Shown: piece after piece, positions 12,122 to 26,042 of the stretch
Layout: every line of letters begins with the position of its first letter
Numbering within the stretch: position 1 is the stretch's first letter
NCBI GenBank assembly: GCA_002269645.1
Contig: NIVC01001183.1
Coordinates: forward strand, 124,001 to 188,000
DNA length: 64,000 nt
Reading direction: 5' to 3'
Source: Macrostomum lignano
Taxonomy: Eukaryota
Position numbers and translations under genes: made by a program
The notes under the pieces: generated by a model
The model's input: the letters and a program-made list of their open reading frames with translations, nothing else
Told to the model about the DNA's origin: nothing
Database searches by the model: none

Positions 12122-12730
12122 GCCCAGATCCTCTGTTGCTGAGCCTCCGCACCCTCCCAGATCCTCTGTTGCTGAGCCTCCGCACCCTCTCAGATCCTCT
12201 GTTGCTGAGCCTCCGCACCCTCCCAGATACTCAGTTGCTGGGCCAGCCTCTCAAATCCTCAGTTTCTGGGACAGCCTCTCAAATCCTCAGTTTCTGGGAC
12301 AGCCTCTCAAATCCTCAGTTGCTGCGCCATCCTCCCAGATCCTCAGTTGCTGGATCACTACTGCTACTGCCCTCTCAGATCCTCAGTTGCTGGGCAAGCC
12401 TCCCAGATCCTCTGTTGCTGGGTCACCGCACCTTCCCAGATCCTCAGTTGCTGAGCCATCCTCCCAGATCCTATGTTGCTGGGCCTCCGCACCTTCCCAG
12501 ATCCTCAGTTGCTGGGCAAGCCTCCCAGATCCTCTGTTGCTGGGCCTCCGCACCCTCCCAGATACTCAGTTGCTGAGCCATCCTCCCAGATCCTCTGTTG
12601 CTGGATCACTACTGCTACTGCCCTCGCAGATCCTCAGTTGCTGAGCCATCTTCCCAGATCCTCAGTTGCTGAGCCAGCTTCCCAGATCCTCAGTTGCTGA
12701 GCCAGCCTCCCAGATCTCAGTTGCTGGGCC
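12122..12730. repeat. Composite 26-33-bp intronic minisatellite
   Basis: CCCAGATCCTCWGTTGCTGRGC core repeated; begins about 45 nt after the donor at 12079. Confidence 0.9.
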
Positions 12731-13739
12731 GCCGCCACTCTCTCAGAAAAGCTGATGATAACAAAATCATAATAACAATAATTAGTAATCGTAATACCAA
12801 GAAAATATAACCAGCTAACACTAATGAAAGCTCGCTTATACCGTTATATTGTACATGTAAACAGTAAGCTATTAATTTACTTAGCCAGCAGACTGAAAAT
12901 CTTAGTCACACCCAGTGCTGCAATTTTACGAGTATTCATGTACACCATAACTAAATGCAGAGAACCGACAATCAATACATTTTCTGTCTCTCGCTGGGCC
13001 AAAAAAATTGTCAAGTGGCGACACAGGAGGCTGCAGGCCAGGAGAGAGGGGAGCGGCATCAGTGGCGGCATCGCTCTTTGATCTTTTGCGCCGGGCGTGA
13101 CGTAATCAAGCTCTCCCTCTCTCTCTGTCCCCACTTCACTATGCTGAAACCCACTGTCATTACTTGTGTTAGCTAAGATTTCGGAAAGTCAACGCCAAAG
13201 ATGGGCGCCAGAGCGTACAAGTTTATATAGTTATATAATTATTATTATGACTATTATGGCTTGCATTCGCCTGTCTGAGCCTGTCTCAAGTCGGTGGCGT
13301 ATAGATCGATTGTCCGGCTGGTTCAAGGCCTGTTCAAGTGGTCCGGAGGGTCATCCAAGCCACTTGATTCATCTGCTGCTGCTGCCGCTGCTGTTGCTGC
13401 TGCTGCTGCGGCACGGCCGTTCTCTGCGCTATGCCTGGTCTCCGATGCTTATCAGCAGGGAGCTCAGGGCTTTTTGAGAGAGCGAGAGAGAGAATAAATT
13501 TCCTGCCATGGTGGGGGCCAGGGGGTTTGTATGCACATGTAACCGCTTTATGGGTAGGCGTGGCTTGATCCTATTCAGGTAGGGGGTGCTGGATTAGTGT
13601 GCTTTTTTATGTAAAATCCTCTGACGGCTTTATTGAGCTTTAAAACTATGTTGAGAACGATGCGTGCCATGATTTGGCTGATGGAAACACAGACGCTGAC
13701 AGCCCTGTGGCAGATTACTTTAATGCATTGCAGTCACTT

Positions 13740-14370
13740 TCAGTGCCAGACTGACACCAGCAGTGCCAGACTGACACCAACAGTGCCAGACTGACACCAA
13801 CAGTGCCAGACTGACACCAGCAGTGCCAGACTGACAACAGCAGTGCCAGACTGACACCAACAGTGCCAGACTGACACCAGCAGTGCCAGACTGATAACAG
13901 CAGTGCCAGACTGACACCAGCAGTGCCAGACTGACAACAGCAGTGCCAGACTGACACCAGCAGTGCCAGACTGACAACAGCAGTGCCAGACTGACACCAA
14001 CAGTGCCAGACTGACACCAGCAGTGCCAGACTGACAACAGCAGTGCCAGACTGACACCAACAGTGCCAGACTGACACCAGCAGTGCCAGACTGATAACAG
14101 CAGTGCCAGACTGACAACAGCAGTGCCAGACTGACACCAGCAGTGCCAGACTGACACCAGCAGTGCCAGACTGACAACAGCAGTGCCAGACTGACACCAG
14201 CAGTGCCAGACTGACACCAGCAGTGCCAGACTGACACCAGCAGTGCCAGACTGACAACAGCAGTGCCAGACTGACAACAGCAGTGCCAGACTGACACCAG
14301 CAGTGCCAGACTGACAACAGCAGTGCCAGACTGACACCAGCAGTGCCAGACTGACACCAGCAGTGCCAGA
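13740..14370. repeat. 20-bp intronic minisatellite
   Basis: Unit CAGTGCCAGACTGACAMCAG. Confidence 0.95.
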
Positions 14371-14467
14371 CGCTGAAGTGTCCGCATGTTTTAAGAAAAA
14401 ATCATAAGATTAGTTTAAGATTTAGCTTCAAACTAATTCGTAATATTTTATTTTGCGCCACCCTCAG

Positions 14468-14575
14468 AATCCGCAGCTGCATCGACCGGTCAACGCGGCC
14501 GAAGTTGTGACCAAGGTGACCAGGGACTCGCCGGCCTGGACTGCCGGCATGCGACAGGGCGACTGTATTCAGTGT
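14468..14575 (+). CDS. PDZRN3: PDZRN3/4-family exon (PDZ1 middle)
   Basis: ccctcag| acceptor, 108 nt, phase 0-0: NPQLHRPVNAAEVVTKVTRDSPAWTAGMRQGDCIQC, TGT|gtgagt donor; completes the PDZ fold with the flanking exons. Confidence 0.85.
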
Positions 14576-15764
14576 GTGAGTAGCCTTCTGAGCTGTCTTA
14601 TGAGCTAGATGACTAGAGAATGTCAAGGACCCCGATGGATATGTCTGTAGTACATTTTTTGTATGATAAACTTACAGATGTTTGAGTAAGTGGAACTGTT
14701 GATACTGCAGACATGGCGAAGAATTTAAAGAAAACTTTCAAATAAACTTCAGAGAAATTCTGCTCTGAAACCATCTGGAAGCCTTTCACGAACTGACCGT
14801 TGTATCGGGGAACAGGGAAAATCCCCTCCCCTGGGAAAACGGCCTCCTGATGCCTTCTGCTGCAGTGGACTTGTCGCTCCAATATTTTAGTTCCAGCTCT
14901 CCCTGTCCCTGGCAAAACCAGAGAGACAACACAGAACAAAGACTGGCTGCCATGTGTGGCTAGGAAAAAAACACATTTTTCAAGCCCGCCTCCACCAAAA
15001 TCAAGAGCTGCAGGAGAGGTGTGGCAGGAAGTAGGAAAGAACCGCCCCAGCTTAGCTCAATTTGTCATGCGTCACACCTGGAGTGCAGTGAGTGCAGTGA
15101 GCACAGGAGAGATGAAAGAAGGAACCAGTGTCGGTTAATTTCGTTTGATCTTCGGGCTTTTTTTCTGTTTCTTTCTCTGCTGCCGCCGCCGCCGCCCCAT
15201 ACTTGGTCTCGTGTCTTCTTTCTCTTTTCTCCCAACTCTGGGTTTTGAGAATCTTTTTTTTATCAGCAGCAAATTTCCTTCAGAAAAAAAGACAGAGGAC
15301 TGATTTTTATCCTTTCTTTGTCAGGCTTGAAGACCCTTGTGAAGGATAAGAGTAAGAAAAAATATTTGACAAAAAATCTGAGATTTCAACCCCCTCCCCA
15401 ATTCTTTAAGAAATCTTGAGTCAGATCTGAAGGGATTAATATTTCTCATAAATTTTAAAAGTTTTTTAAAGATTACGTAATGTCGAGGGGGCGGAGCAGA
15501 GCCGGCGGTTCCCTCAATTTAAATTAAATAAAAAAGCCGTCTATGAAGGCTTCCTTCCTGTAATAAAATGGCCAAGCTGTTTTATTCGGGCAGTCGCAAA
15601 TCTGCTTTTTGGTGGCAATTTATGAGTTGATAGAATTAGCAATATCAATTTCGAATTAGGAAAAGCTAATTCAAAGTTTGGACAACCTTCCTTCAGTTTC
15701 AATTTTCGGTGCTCTGCATTTTCGGTGTTCGCTGATGTTTAAACTGGGGTAATTGTGGAGTGCT

Positions 15765-16075
15765 GTAGAGATGCTGCAGGTTACGTAATCGGGTGCAGAT
15801 GCTGTACTGTAAGAAGGGGCTGTTGATCCTGTAAGAAGGTGCTGCATAGATGCTGTAAGAAAATGCTGTAGATTATGTAAGAATAGGCTGTAGATGCTGT
15901 GAGAAGGTGCTGTAGATGCTGTAAGAATGTGCTGTAGATGCTGTAAGAAAGTGCTGTAGATGCTGTAAGAAAGTGCTGTAGATGCTGTAAGAAAGTGCTG
16001 TAGATACTGTAAGAAAGTGCTGTAGATGCTGTAAGAATGGGCTGTAGATACTGTAAGAAAGTGCTGTAGATGCAT
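15765..16075. repeat. 22-bp minisatellite
   Basis: Unit GTGCTGTAGATGCTGTAAGAAA. Confidence 0.9.
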
Positions 16076-16894
16076 TAAATTCTGCAGATTCTGTAAAGTA
16101 ATTTTACTGAGTAGATGATCCTGCCACCTGTTCCCGTTCTAGTGTCACCTGACGAATAACGTGATCAAAAGTAAAATAAAAATAATTCACCCAGTCATGA
16201 ACTCATCTGCAAAAGCAAGTAATTAAACGCAGAATTAATAATTAAAGAAAATTAGACCGTTGGGAATTTGGCGAGAGGTACAGTCGATAAGCTGATAACC
16301 TGTCCACCTGTCCAATTAAGTCTAATTACAATTTGACAAGGCCAAGTTCTCAACTATAGCAAGTGAAATGTCAGATTTTTTAGGTTTTTTAGCTCAAAAA
16401 GGCTACGCTAGTGGTGACCTTAGTTTTATAGCCCCCCCGCCCGAGCCTGGAACTTGTCGGCATTCTTCAAAGAGTGAACTGAACACGAGAAATTTCAGTA
16501 ATACTCCTGCCTGTGTTTCTCATTAAGGCCCTGTCTGAGTGTAACTGTGCCCCCATTGCGCCTTTGGCAGCACTGGAAGCTCAAGTGTTGCCCCTCTAAG
16601 TCTAACAAACGAACAATAAATTTTTTATTAGCAAGAAAAAATAGCAACCATTACAATTGCTATTAGCTGCTTGGGGTCACAGAAAGGCAACGGGGGGGGG
16701 CACTTGACCCGCCTCTCGTGGCTAATAATTCTCTTCTCAACACTGCTGACGGTGCACAGCGTTTGACGGCTCTCGAGACACTCAGATGCCTGCGTTTCTG
16801 TGAACGTTGAAGGCTTCGTCAGGTGAAGAAAACCTCAGAAATCTGTGCACACTAAAAGATCAAGGCCTAGGGGAGGGCGCAACGGCGTCATGGT

Positions 16895-17147
16895 TCTATG
16901 GCGCCCCTGTTGCTATGGCACCCCTGTTGCTATGGCGCCCCTGGTGCTATGGCGCCCCTGGTGCTATGGCGCCCCTGGTGCTATGGCGCCCCTGGTGCTA
17001 TGGCGCCCCTGGTGCTATGGCGCCCCTGGTGCTATGGCGCCCCTGGTGCTATGGCGCCCCTGGTGCTATGGCGCCCCTGGTGCTATGGCGCCCCTGGTGC
17101 TATGGCGCCCCTGGTGCTATGGCGCCCCTGTTGCTATGGCGCCCCTA
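16895..17147. repeat. 17-bp GGCGCC-core minisatellite
   Basis: Unit TGGCGCCCCTGGTGCTA. Confidence 0.95.
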
Positions 17148-17829
17148 AAGGAATCGTTGATCGCGTCCATAAACTCGCTGTGGAAAATTTCAAATTAAAT
17201 CTCCGCAGTTCTCTGCAGGATTTATAGCACTACTTCGAGTAGTTTTAAAGCCTATTGCTCCTTAGTTATGTATGCCCAGTTCAGAATCGGGCCAATCGCT
17301 GGTAATGGCAAATAGCAGGAGTATCAGGCCAAGAGAGAGAGAGCGCGCTTGTGCCAGAAACAGAGAAGACCAACAGTCAAAGGCGACTCGCTCAGTTCTG
17401 GCATGGCTTCAGAAGAGTTATAGTTTTTCTTAGTTTTCTTTTAGGAAAGGTTCACAGGCCAATTGAAGCACAGTACAGTCTCAGCTACTGCAGGTAATCC
17501 AGGGGCCAGAGATAAACGAACTGGCCTGACCAGACCGAGCTGCAAAACTTTGAGAGCCGGCAGTCTATTGGAAAAAACTAAGTTAAAAGCCTACTGAGCA
17601 AGTCTCACAATATTTTTGTTAAAATGGTGACACTTCTGTAAATACTGTGACCTGAGCATCGGACAAGAGCTAGGTCACGCCAACATGACTCGGTTGGGAG
17701 AGCTCAATGTACTTTCAGATATGTCATAGCTTCCTTCAGTTCGCCATTCTCTCGCTTGGTCGGGATGGAATTCTTCGTTTTAAAGGTGAGAAATACTCAG
17801 TACTTTTCGTTGGTTTGAATGCCTTCTTC

Positions 17830-18490
17830 GATTTTACTGTTCACTCTACTGTTCACTCTATCTTCACTCTATCTTCTCTCTACTGTTCACTCTACTGTTC
17901 ACTCTACTGTTCACTCTACTGTTCACTCTACTGCTCACTCTATCTTTACTCTATCATTCACTCAACTGTTCACTCTACTGTTCACTTTATCTTTACTCTA
18001 TCGTTCACTCTACTGTTCACTTTATCTTTACTCTATCGTTCACTCTACTGTTCACTCTATTGTTCACTCTGCCATTCACTCTATCTTTCACTCTACTGTT
18101 CACTCTGCTGTTCACTCTATCTTTCACTCTACTGTTCACTCTATTGTTCACTCTACTGTTCACTCTATTGTTCACTCTGCCATTCACTCTATCTTTCACT
18201 CTACTGTTCACTCTATTGTTCACTCTACTGTTCACTCTATTGTTCACTCTGCCATTCACTCTATCTTTCACTCTACTGTTCACTCTACCATTCACTCTAC
18301 TGTTCACTCTATCTTTCACTCTACTGTTCACTCTACTGTTCACTCTATCTTTCACTCTACTGTTCACTCTACTGTTCACTCTATCTTTCACTCTACTGTT
18401 CACTCTATTGTTCACTCTACCATTCACTCTATCGTTCACTCTACTTTTCACTCGACCGTTAACTCTCTCTATCTTCACTCTATCTTCATT
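17830..18490. repeat. 12-bp minisatellite, block 1
   Basis: Unit TTCACTCTACTG and variants. Confidence 0.95.
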
Positions 18491-19139
18491 CTATCTTCAC
18501 TATATTTTTCATCCTATTATCGCTTAGTTGCCAAGCCAACCAAGAAGTGAAATAATAACTCTGACTTTGTAATAAATTTTTCTCTCACGAACCAGCAAGT
18601 TCCACTCGACAAACTGAACAGAAAATTTATGCCTTGACCAACGCTGGCAGTTCCTCTCCCACTCTTCCCTAAGCCGCAAATCCCCCAGCCTAATCAGCTA
18701 TTAATAGTGTTTGCCGCGGCCGTGAAATATTGCTTTGCTAAAAGAACTTTCTGCCAACAAGCATCAGATCCTTAGTCTCTCTTCTGTGCTCAAGGTGAAG
18801 AATAGCTCAGGGGCTATTGGTATTGTCGAGTCAGCTGTCTCCCATCAGAATAATAAAGCAGTCGGCCATCCTGTCAATCAGGGCCTGGGATGACCGGTAA
18901 TTTAGTCACCCAGGTTCTTCTACAGCCAATTTAAATGTGCCCATCTGCTCTGCCAGTCTCTCTTCTAGAAGAACAGGAAGTTTGTCTTCATCAGCCGCAT
19001 GAAGCATGGTTTGGACAATCAAGGGCTTGCTTTTTTCACGACACGCAAGTGTCCTATTGCATGCGGCCTTTGATTCACATGCTTGGCGTCTTGGGGTTTG
19101 CTTTCTTAGAAATAGGGCGGGCTTTTCTGCTGCTTTTTT

Positions 19140-20125
19140 CTCTACTGTTCACTCCGCTTTTCACTTTACTGTTCACTCTACTGTTCACTCTACTGTTCAC
19201 TCTACTGTTCACTCTACTCTACTGTTCACTCTGCTGTTCACTCTACTCTACTGTTCACTCTACTCTACTGTTTACTCTACTGTTCACTCTACTGTTCATC
19301 CTACTGTTCACTCTACTGTTTACTCTACTGTTCACTCTACTGTTCATCCTACTGTTCACTCTACTGTTCACTCTACTGTTCACTCTACTGTTCACTCTAC
19401 TGTTCACTCTACTGTTCACTCTACTGTTCACTCTACTCTACTGTTCACTCTACTGTTCACTCTACTCTACGGTTCACTCTACTCTACTGTTCACTCTACT
19501 CTACTGTTCACTCTACTGTTCACTCTACTCTACTGTTTACTCTACTGTTCACTCTACTGTTCACTCTACTGTTCACTCTACTCTACTGTTCACTCTACTG
19601 TTCACTCTACTCTACTGTTCACTCTACTGTTCACTCTACTCTACTGTTCACTCTACTGTTCACTCTACTCTACTGTTTACTCTACTGTTCACTCTACTCT
19701 ACTGTTCACTCTACTGTTCACTCTACTGTTCACTCTACTGTTCACTCTACTCTACTCTTCACTCTACTGTTCAGTCTACTCTACTGTTTACTCTACTGTT
19801 CACTCTACTCTACTGTTCACTCTACTGTTTACTCTACTGTTCACTCTACTGTTCACTCTACTGTTCACTCTACTCTACTGTTCACTCTACTGTTCACTCT
19901 ACTGTTCACTACTGTTCACTCTACTGTTCACTCTACTCTACTGTTCACTCTACTGTTTACTCTACTGTTCACTCTACTGTTCACTCTACTGTTCACTCTA
20001 CTCTACTGTTCACTCTACTGTTCACTCTACTGTTCACTACTGTTCACTCTATCCTTCACGCTACTGTTCACTCTATCCTTCACTCTATCTTTCACGCTAC
20101 TGTTCACTCTACCGTTCACTTTATC
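19140..20125. repeat. 12/17-bp minisatellite, block 2 (same family as 17830)
   Basis: TTCACTCTACTG with TTCACTCTACTCTACTG variants. Confidence 0.95.
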
Positions 20126-20384
20126 ATTCGATAGAGAGCAAACTCTGTGGAGGATTCAAGGGTATTGATGGACAGGTAAAGTATTAAACTAACAAGGACC
20201 TTCTGACAGTTGCTGTGTAATCAATCATTTTCCTGAAGATCTGTCTAACGATTTTGGAATAAAAAACCACTGGCTACTCTTCCTGCTGGATCTGAGCATT
20301 CTCGGTTGCTTTATCCAAGATTCATGCACTTTTGTGTACAGCTTCGGGAGGCTCGAATCTCGGTAATGTCTGATAGGAGCTTCA

Positions 20385-23300
20385 GTAGGTTGTCTTGTTG
20401 GAATCTCAGTAGGTTAACTTGCTGGAATCTCAGTAGGTCATCTTGCTGGAATCTCAGTAGGTTATCTTGCTGGAATCTCAGTTGGTCATCTTGCCGGAAT
20501 CTCAGTAGGTTATCTTGTCGGAATCTCAGTAGGTTATCTTGTTGGAATCTCAGTAGGTTATCTTGTTGGAATCTCAGTAGGTTATCTTGCCGGAATCTCA
20601 GTAGGTTATCTTGTTGGAATCTCAGTAGGTTATCTTGTTGGAATCTCAGTAGGTTATCTTGCCGGAATCTCAGTAGGTTATCTTGTTGGAATCTCAGTAG
20701 GTTATCTTGCTGTAATCTCAGTAGGCTATCTTGCCGGAATCTCAGTAGGTTATCTTGCTGGAATCTCAGTAGGTTATCTTGCTGGAATCTCAGTAGGTCA
20801 TCTTGCTGGAATCTCAGTAGGTTATCTTGCTGGAATCTCAGTAGGTTATCTTGTTGGAATCTCAGCAGTTTATCTTGCTGGAATCTCAGTAGGTCATCTT
20901 GCTGGAATCTCAGTAGTTTGTCTTGCTGGAATCTCAGTAGGTTATCTTGCTGGAATCTCAGTAGGTCATCTTGCTGGAATCTCAGTAGGTTATTTTGCTG
21001 GAATCTCAGTAGTTTGTCTTGCTGGAATCTCAGTAGGTTATCTTGCTGGAATCTCAGTAGGTCATCTTGCTGGAATCTCAGTAGGTCATCTTGCTGGAAT
21101 CTCAGTAGGTTATTTTGCTGGAATCTCAGTAGGTTATCTTGCCGGAATCTCAGTAGGTTATCTTGCTGGAATCTCAGTAGGTTATCTTGTCGGAATCTCA
21201 GTAGGTTATCTTGTTGGAATCTCAGTAGGTTATCTTGTTGGAATCTCAGTAGGTTATCTTGCTGTAATCTCAGTAGGCTATCTTGTTGGAATCTCAGTAG
21301 GTCATCTTGCTGGAATCTCAGTAGGTTATCTTGTTGGAATCTCAGTAAGTTATCTTGCTGGAATCTCAGTAGACTATCTTGTTGGAATCTCAGTAGGTCA
21401 TCTTGCTGGAATCTCAGTAGGTTATCTTGTTGGAATCTCAGTAGTTTATCTTGCTGGAATCTCAGTTGGTCATCTTGCTGGAATCTCAGTAGGTTATCTT
21501 GTTGGAATCTCAGTAGTTTATCTTGCTGGAATCTCAGTTGGTCATCTTGCTGGAATCTCAGTAGGTTATCTTGTTGGAATCTCAGTAGTTTATCTTGCTG
21601 GAATCTCAGTAGGTCATCTTGCTGGAATCTCAGTAGTTTGTCTTGCTGGAATCTCAGTAGGTTATCTTGCTGGAATCTCAGTAGGTCATCTTGCTGGAAT
21701 CTCAGTAGGTTATTTTGCTGGAATCTCAGTAGTTTGTCTTGCTGGAATCTCAGTAGGTTATCTTGCTGGAATCTCAGTAGGTCATCTTGCTGGAATCTCA
21801 GTAGGTCATCTTGCTGGAATCTCAGTAGGTTATTTTGCTGGAATCTCAGTAGTTTATCTTGCTGGAATCTCAGTTGGTCATCTTGCTGGAATCTCAGTAG
21901 GTTATCTTGCTGGAATCTTAGTAGGTTATCTTGCTGGAATCTCAGTAGGTTATCTTGCTGGAATCTCAGTAGGTTATCTTACTGGAATCTCAGTTGGTCA
22001 TCTTGCTGGAATCTCAGTAGGTCATCTTGCTGGAATCTCAGTAGGGTACGAGTATCTTGCTGGAATCTCAGTAGGTCATCTTGCTGGAATCTCAGTAGTT
22101 TGTCTTGCTGGAATCTCAGTAGGCTGTCTTGCTGGAATCCCTAGTTGGTCATCTTGCTGGAATTTCAGTAGGTCATCTTGCTGGAATCTCAGTAGGTCAT
22201 CTTGCTGGAATCTCAGTAGGTCATCTTGCTGGAATCTCAATAGGTCATCTTGCTGGAATCTCAGTAGTTTGTCTTGCTGGAATCTCAGTAGGCTGTCTTG
22301 CTGGAATCCCTAGTTGGTCATCTTGCTGGAATCTCAGTAGGCTGTCTTGCTGGAATCTCAGTAGGTTATCTTGCTGTAATCTCAGTAGGCTATCTTGTTG
22401 GAATCTCAGTAGGTCATCTTGCTGTAATCTCAGTAGGTTATCTTGTTGGAATCTCAGTAAGTTATCTTGCTGGAATCTCAGTAGGCTATCTTGCTGGAAT
22501 CTCAGTAGGTTATCTTGCTGTAATCTCAGTAGGCTATCTTGTTGGAATCTCAGTAGGTCATCTTGCTGGAATCTCAGTAGGTTATCTTGTTGGAATCTCA
22601 GTAAGTTATCTTGCTGGAATCTCAGTAGACTATCTTGTTGGAATCTCAGTAGGTCATCTTGCTGGAATCTCAGTAGGTTATCTTTTTGTAATCTCAGTAG
22701 TTTATCTTGCTGGAATCTCAGTTGGTCATCTTGCTGGAATCTCAGTAGGTTATCTTGTTGGAATCTCAGTAGTTTATCTTGCTGGAATCTCAGTAGGCTA
22801 TCTTGTTGGAATCTCAGTAGGTCATCTTGCTGGAATCTCAGTAGGTTATCTTGTTGGAATCTCAGTAGTTTATCTTGCTGGAATCTCAGTTGGTCATCTT
22901 GCTGGAATCTCAGTAGGTTATCTTGTTGGAATCTCAGTAGTTTATCTTGCTGGAATCTCAGTAGGTCATCTTGCTGGAATCTCAGTAGTTTGTCTTGCTG
23001 GAATCTCAGTAGGTTATCTTGCTGGAATCTCAGTAGGTCATCTTGCTGGAATCTCAGTAGGTTATCTTGCTGGAATCTCAGTAGTTTGTCTTGCTGGAAT
23101 CTCAGTAGGTTATCTTGCTGGAATCTCAGTAGGCTATCTTGTTGGAATCTCAGTAGGTCATCTTGCTGGAATCTCAGTAGGTTATCTTGTTGGAATCTCA
23201 GTAGTTTATCTTGCTGGAATCTCAGTTGGTCATCTTGCTGGAATCTCAGTAGGTCATCTTGCTGGAATCTCAGTAGGTTATTTTGCTGGAATCTCAGTAG

Positions 23301-23860
23301 TTTATCTTGCTGGAATCTCAGTTGGTCATCTTGCTGGAATCTCAGTAGACTATCTTGTTGGAATCTCAGTAGGTCATCTTGCTGGAATCTCAGTAGGTTA
23401 TTTTGCTGGAATCTCAGTAGTTTGTCTTGCTGGAATCTCAGTAGGTCATCTTGCTGGAATCTCAGTAGGTTATTTTGCTGGAATCTCAGTAGTTTGTCTT
23501 GCTGGAATCTCAGTAGGTTATCTTGCTGGAATCTCAGTAGGCTATCTTGTTGGAATCTCAGTAGGTCATCTTGCTGGAATCTCAGTAGGTTATCTTGTTG
23601 GAATCTCAGTAGTTTATCTTGCTGGAATCTCAGTTGGTCATCTTGCTGGAATCTCAGTAGGTTATTTTGCTGGAATCTCAGTAGTTTATCTTGCTGGAAT
23701 CTCAGTTGGTCATCTTGCTGGAATCTCAGTAGGTTATCTTGCTGGAATCTTAGTAGGTTATCTTGCTGGAATCTCAGTAGGTTATCTTGCTGGAATCTCA
23801 GTAGGTTATCTTACTGGAATCTCAGTTGGTCATCTTGCTGGAATCTCAGTAGGTCATCTG
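20385..23860. repeat. 24-bp minisatellite, about 3.5 kb, with variant units
   Basis: Unit GCTGGAATCTCAGTAGGTTATCTT. Confidence 0.97.
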
Positions 23861-25504
23861 AAATTAGCTTGCATTTTTTTGTAGCCAGTCACAGCATCAG
23901 ATCCCGAATGACTACACTATCAAAATCAATCATGAAAATATGATAGGCGGAGTCAATAGTAATAATTGCTGGGAATATTTAGGCTATTATGCATGCCCAT
24001 CAATAGTCGCATTAGTCACCGGTGAAGGTAAAGGAGAGTTTCCATGAGAGAAGGAAGCCCGGAGAGACGGAAGGGTCAACCCTGATTCTGTGCATGGCAT
24101 CAATGCTTTCAAGAAGATTTATTACAGCTATCCATAGCTCAGCTGCTTTGGGAGCACCTGAGGCTCAAGCTGAAATTGGATGCAGGAGCAAGGAATTTCC
24201 TGCTGACGAACTGAAAGACTATTTGCCAGGTGCACAAGGCTCGAATACTAGCTGAGACCGTCCAGGTGTCCGGGCACTTGCATTGGAGTTGTTAGGGGGC
24301 CCAATTATAACAAAAGTAAAAATTATATTACGCTTTTTGTGTCTCATTCTGCATTGTTCTCACCTTTCAGAGATGATGATGGCTTAGCAAATTTAAGCAG
24401 AAACTAACCGTCTTGTTTTCTTACAATTATTTTCACAAGAAACGGCTTGTTGATGTCCGCTAAAATAGGTCAGAGCAGACACGCTGTATGAGAAAATGAA
24501 TAATACCCAAGTTTTCTGAGTGCTATCCCGTCTGTCAACTAGTGCGCTTTGAGGTCTCTTTTATTCAGAAGATAAATTGGGTGCAGGGGCTTATCGGTTA
24601 AAGCTTCCTTCATCAAGAAACTGGATGCAACCGTTGGGGAGCTGCCGATTGCAATAGGATAAATATCCCAATTATTATATTAGAACTGCATTCAGTCAGT
24701 AAGTCAGTCGGTCCGGGTATCTATATAAGCTATGCAGATAAAATGTTTAAATAGGGTTTGTCAGTCAGGCGACTCCGAGACGGTGGCGGCAGTGACAGAG
24801 AATAGTATATTATATTGAAGATGGGGGATAGAGATGCGGCCTCTCAAACTAAAGATTTGCGTTCCCCCCCCCCTCTCTCTCTCTCTGAAATGGGGAGCGA
24901 GTCTCCGAGGCGACTTAATCAGCCGGGGGGGGGGGGGTCGAGAAGAGAAAATGAGCAAACTGGAGAAAGGGAGGCCAAAGCGAGAAAGACAGTGGGGAGA
25001 ACAGAGAGCGAGAAGTGTCCTAATATCAGGCCAGCTATATAACTTGGGATTATTTGGTTATCAAACAGAAGTAAAAAGGACTCAAGCGTTGCTAATGCGA
25101 TTCATCCATTTTTGCTGCTCTTATATCTCTTCTCTCCCCCCAGTCCCAGCCTCGCGGGCTACTCTTGGTCAGCTTTTATCCGGCAGACTGGAGGCCGAGG
25201 GATGGGATAAGCAGAGTAAAGAGTTGAATGCTTGGCCCCTCGCTAATCAGGTTTTGCTGCCTCAGGAGGGGAGAGAAGGGATCTGTAGTTGTTGGTAGGA
25301 AGCGACGGGAGAGATGTAGATGGGGAGACGCAGAGGCGGAGACTGTGAGCATTGGCTGGGATTTGATTCGGGGCTTTGATTCCAGCGCTCCCGGTGGGAC
25401 ACACGACGCCCAAAGCTTTTCTGACTGACTGACTCGCCTTGCTCTCGCTATGGCTGTGTCTTATGCTCGAATTACAGCTTTCAACAACTGCCGAAAGTGA
25501 GGGT

Positions 25505-26042
25505 GAGAGTGACAGAATCATGGAGCTGAGTGACAGAATCATGGAGCTGAGTGACAGAATCATGGAGCTGAGTGACAGAATCATGGAGCTGAGTGACAGA
25601 ATCATGGAGCTGAGTGACAGAATCATGGAGCTGAGTGACAGAATCATGGAGCTGAGTGACAGAATCATGGAGCTGAGTGACAGAATCATGGAGCTGAGTG
25701 ACAGAATCATGGAGCTGAGTGACAGAATCATGGAGCTGAGTGACAGAATCATGGAGCTGAGTGACAGAATCATGGAGCTGAGTGACAGAATCATGGAGCT
25801 GAGTGACAGAATCATGGAGCTGAGTAACAGAATCATGGAGCTGAGTGACAGAATCATGGAGCTGAGTGACAGAATCATGGAGCTGAGTGACAGAATCATG
25901 GAGCTGAGTGACAGAATCATGGAGCTGAGTGACAGAATCATGGAGCTGAGTGACAGAATCATGGAGCTGAGTGACAGAATCATGGAGCTGAGTGACAGAA
26001 TCATGGAGCTGAGTGACAGAACCATGGAGCTGAGTGACAGAA
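25505..26042. repeat. 21-bp near-perfect minisatellite
   Basis: Unit GAGTGACAGAATCATGGAGCT. Confidence 0.97.

Noticed and set aside
20306-23943. ORFs of 500-600 aa (WNLSRLSC / GISVGYLA repeats)
   Set aside because: Translations of a 24-bp array whose unit is a multiple of three; open in several frames and lying inside an intron defined by conserved PDZ exons.
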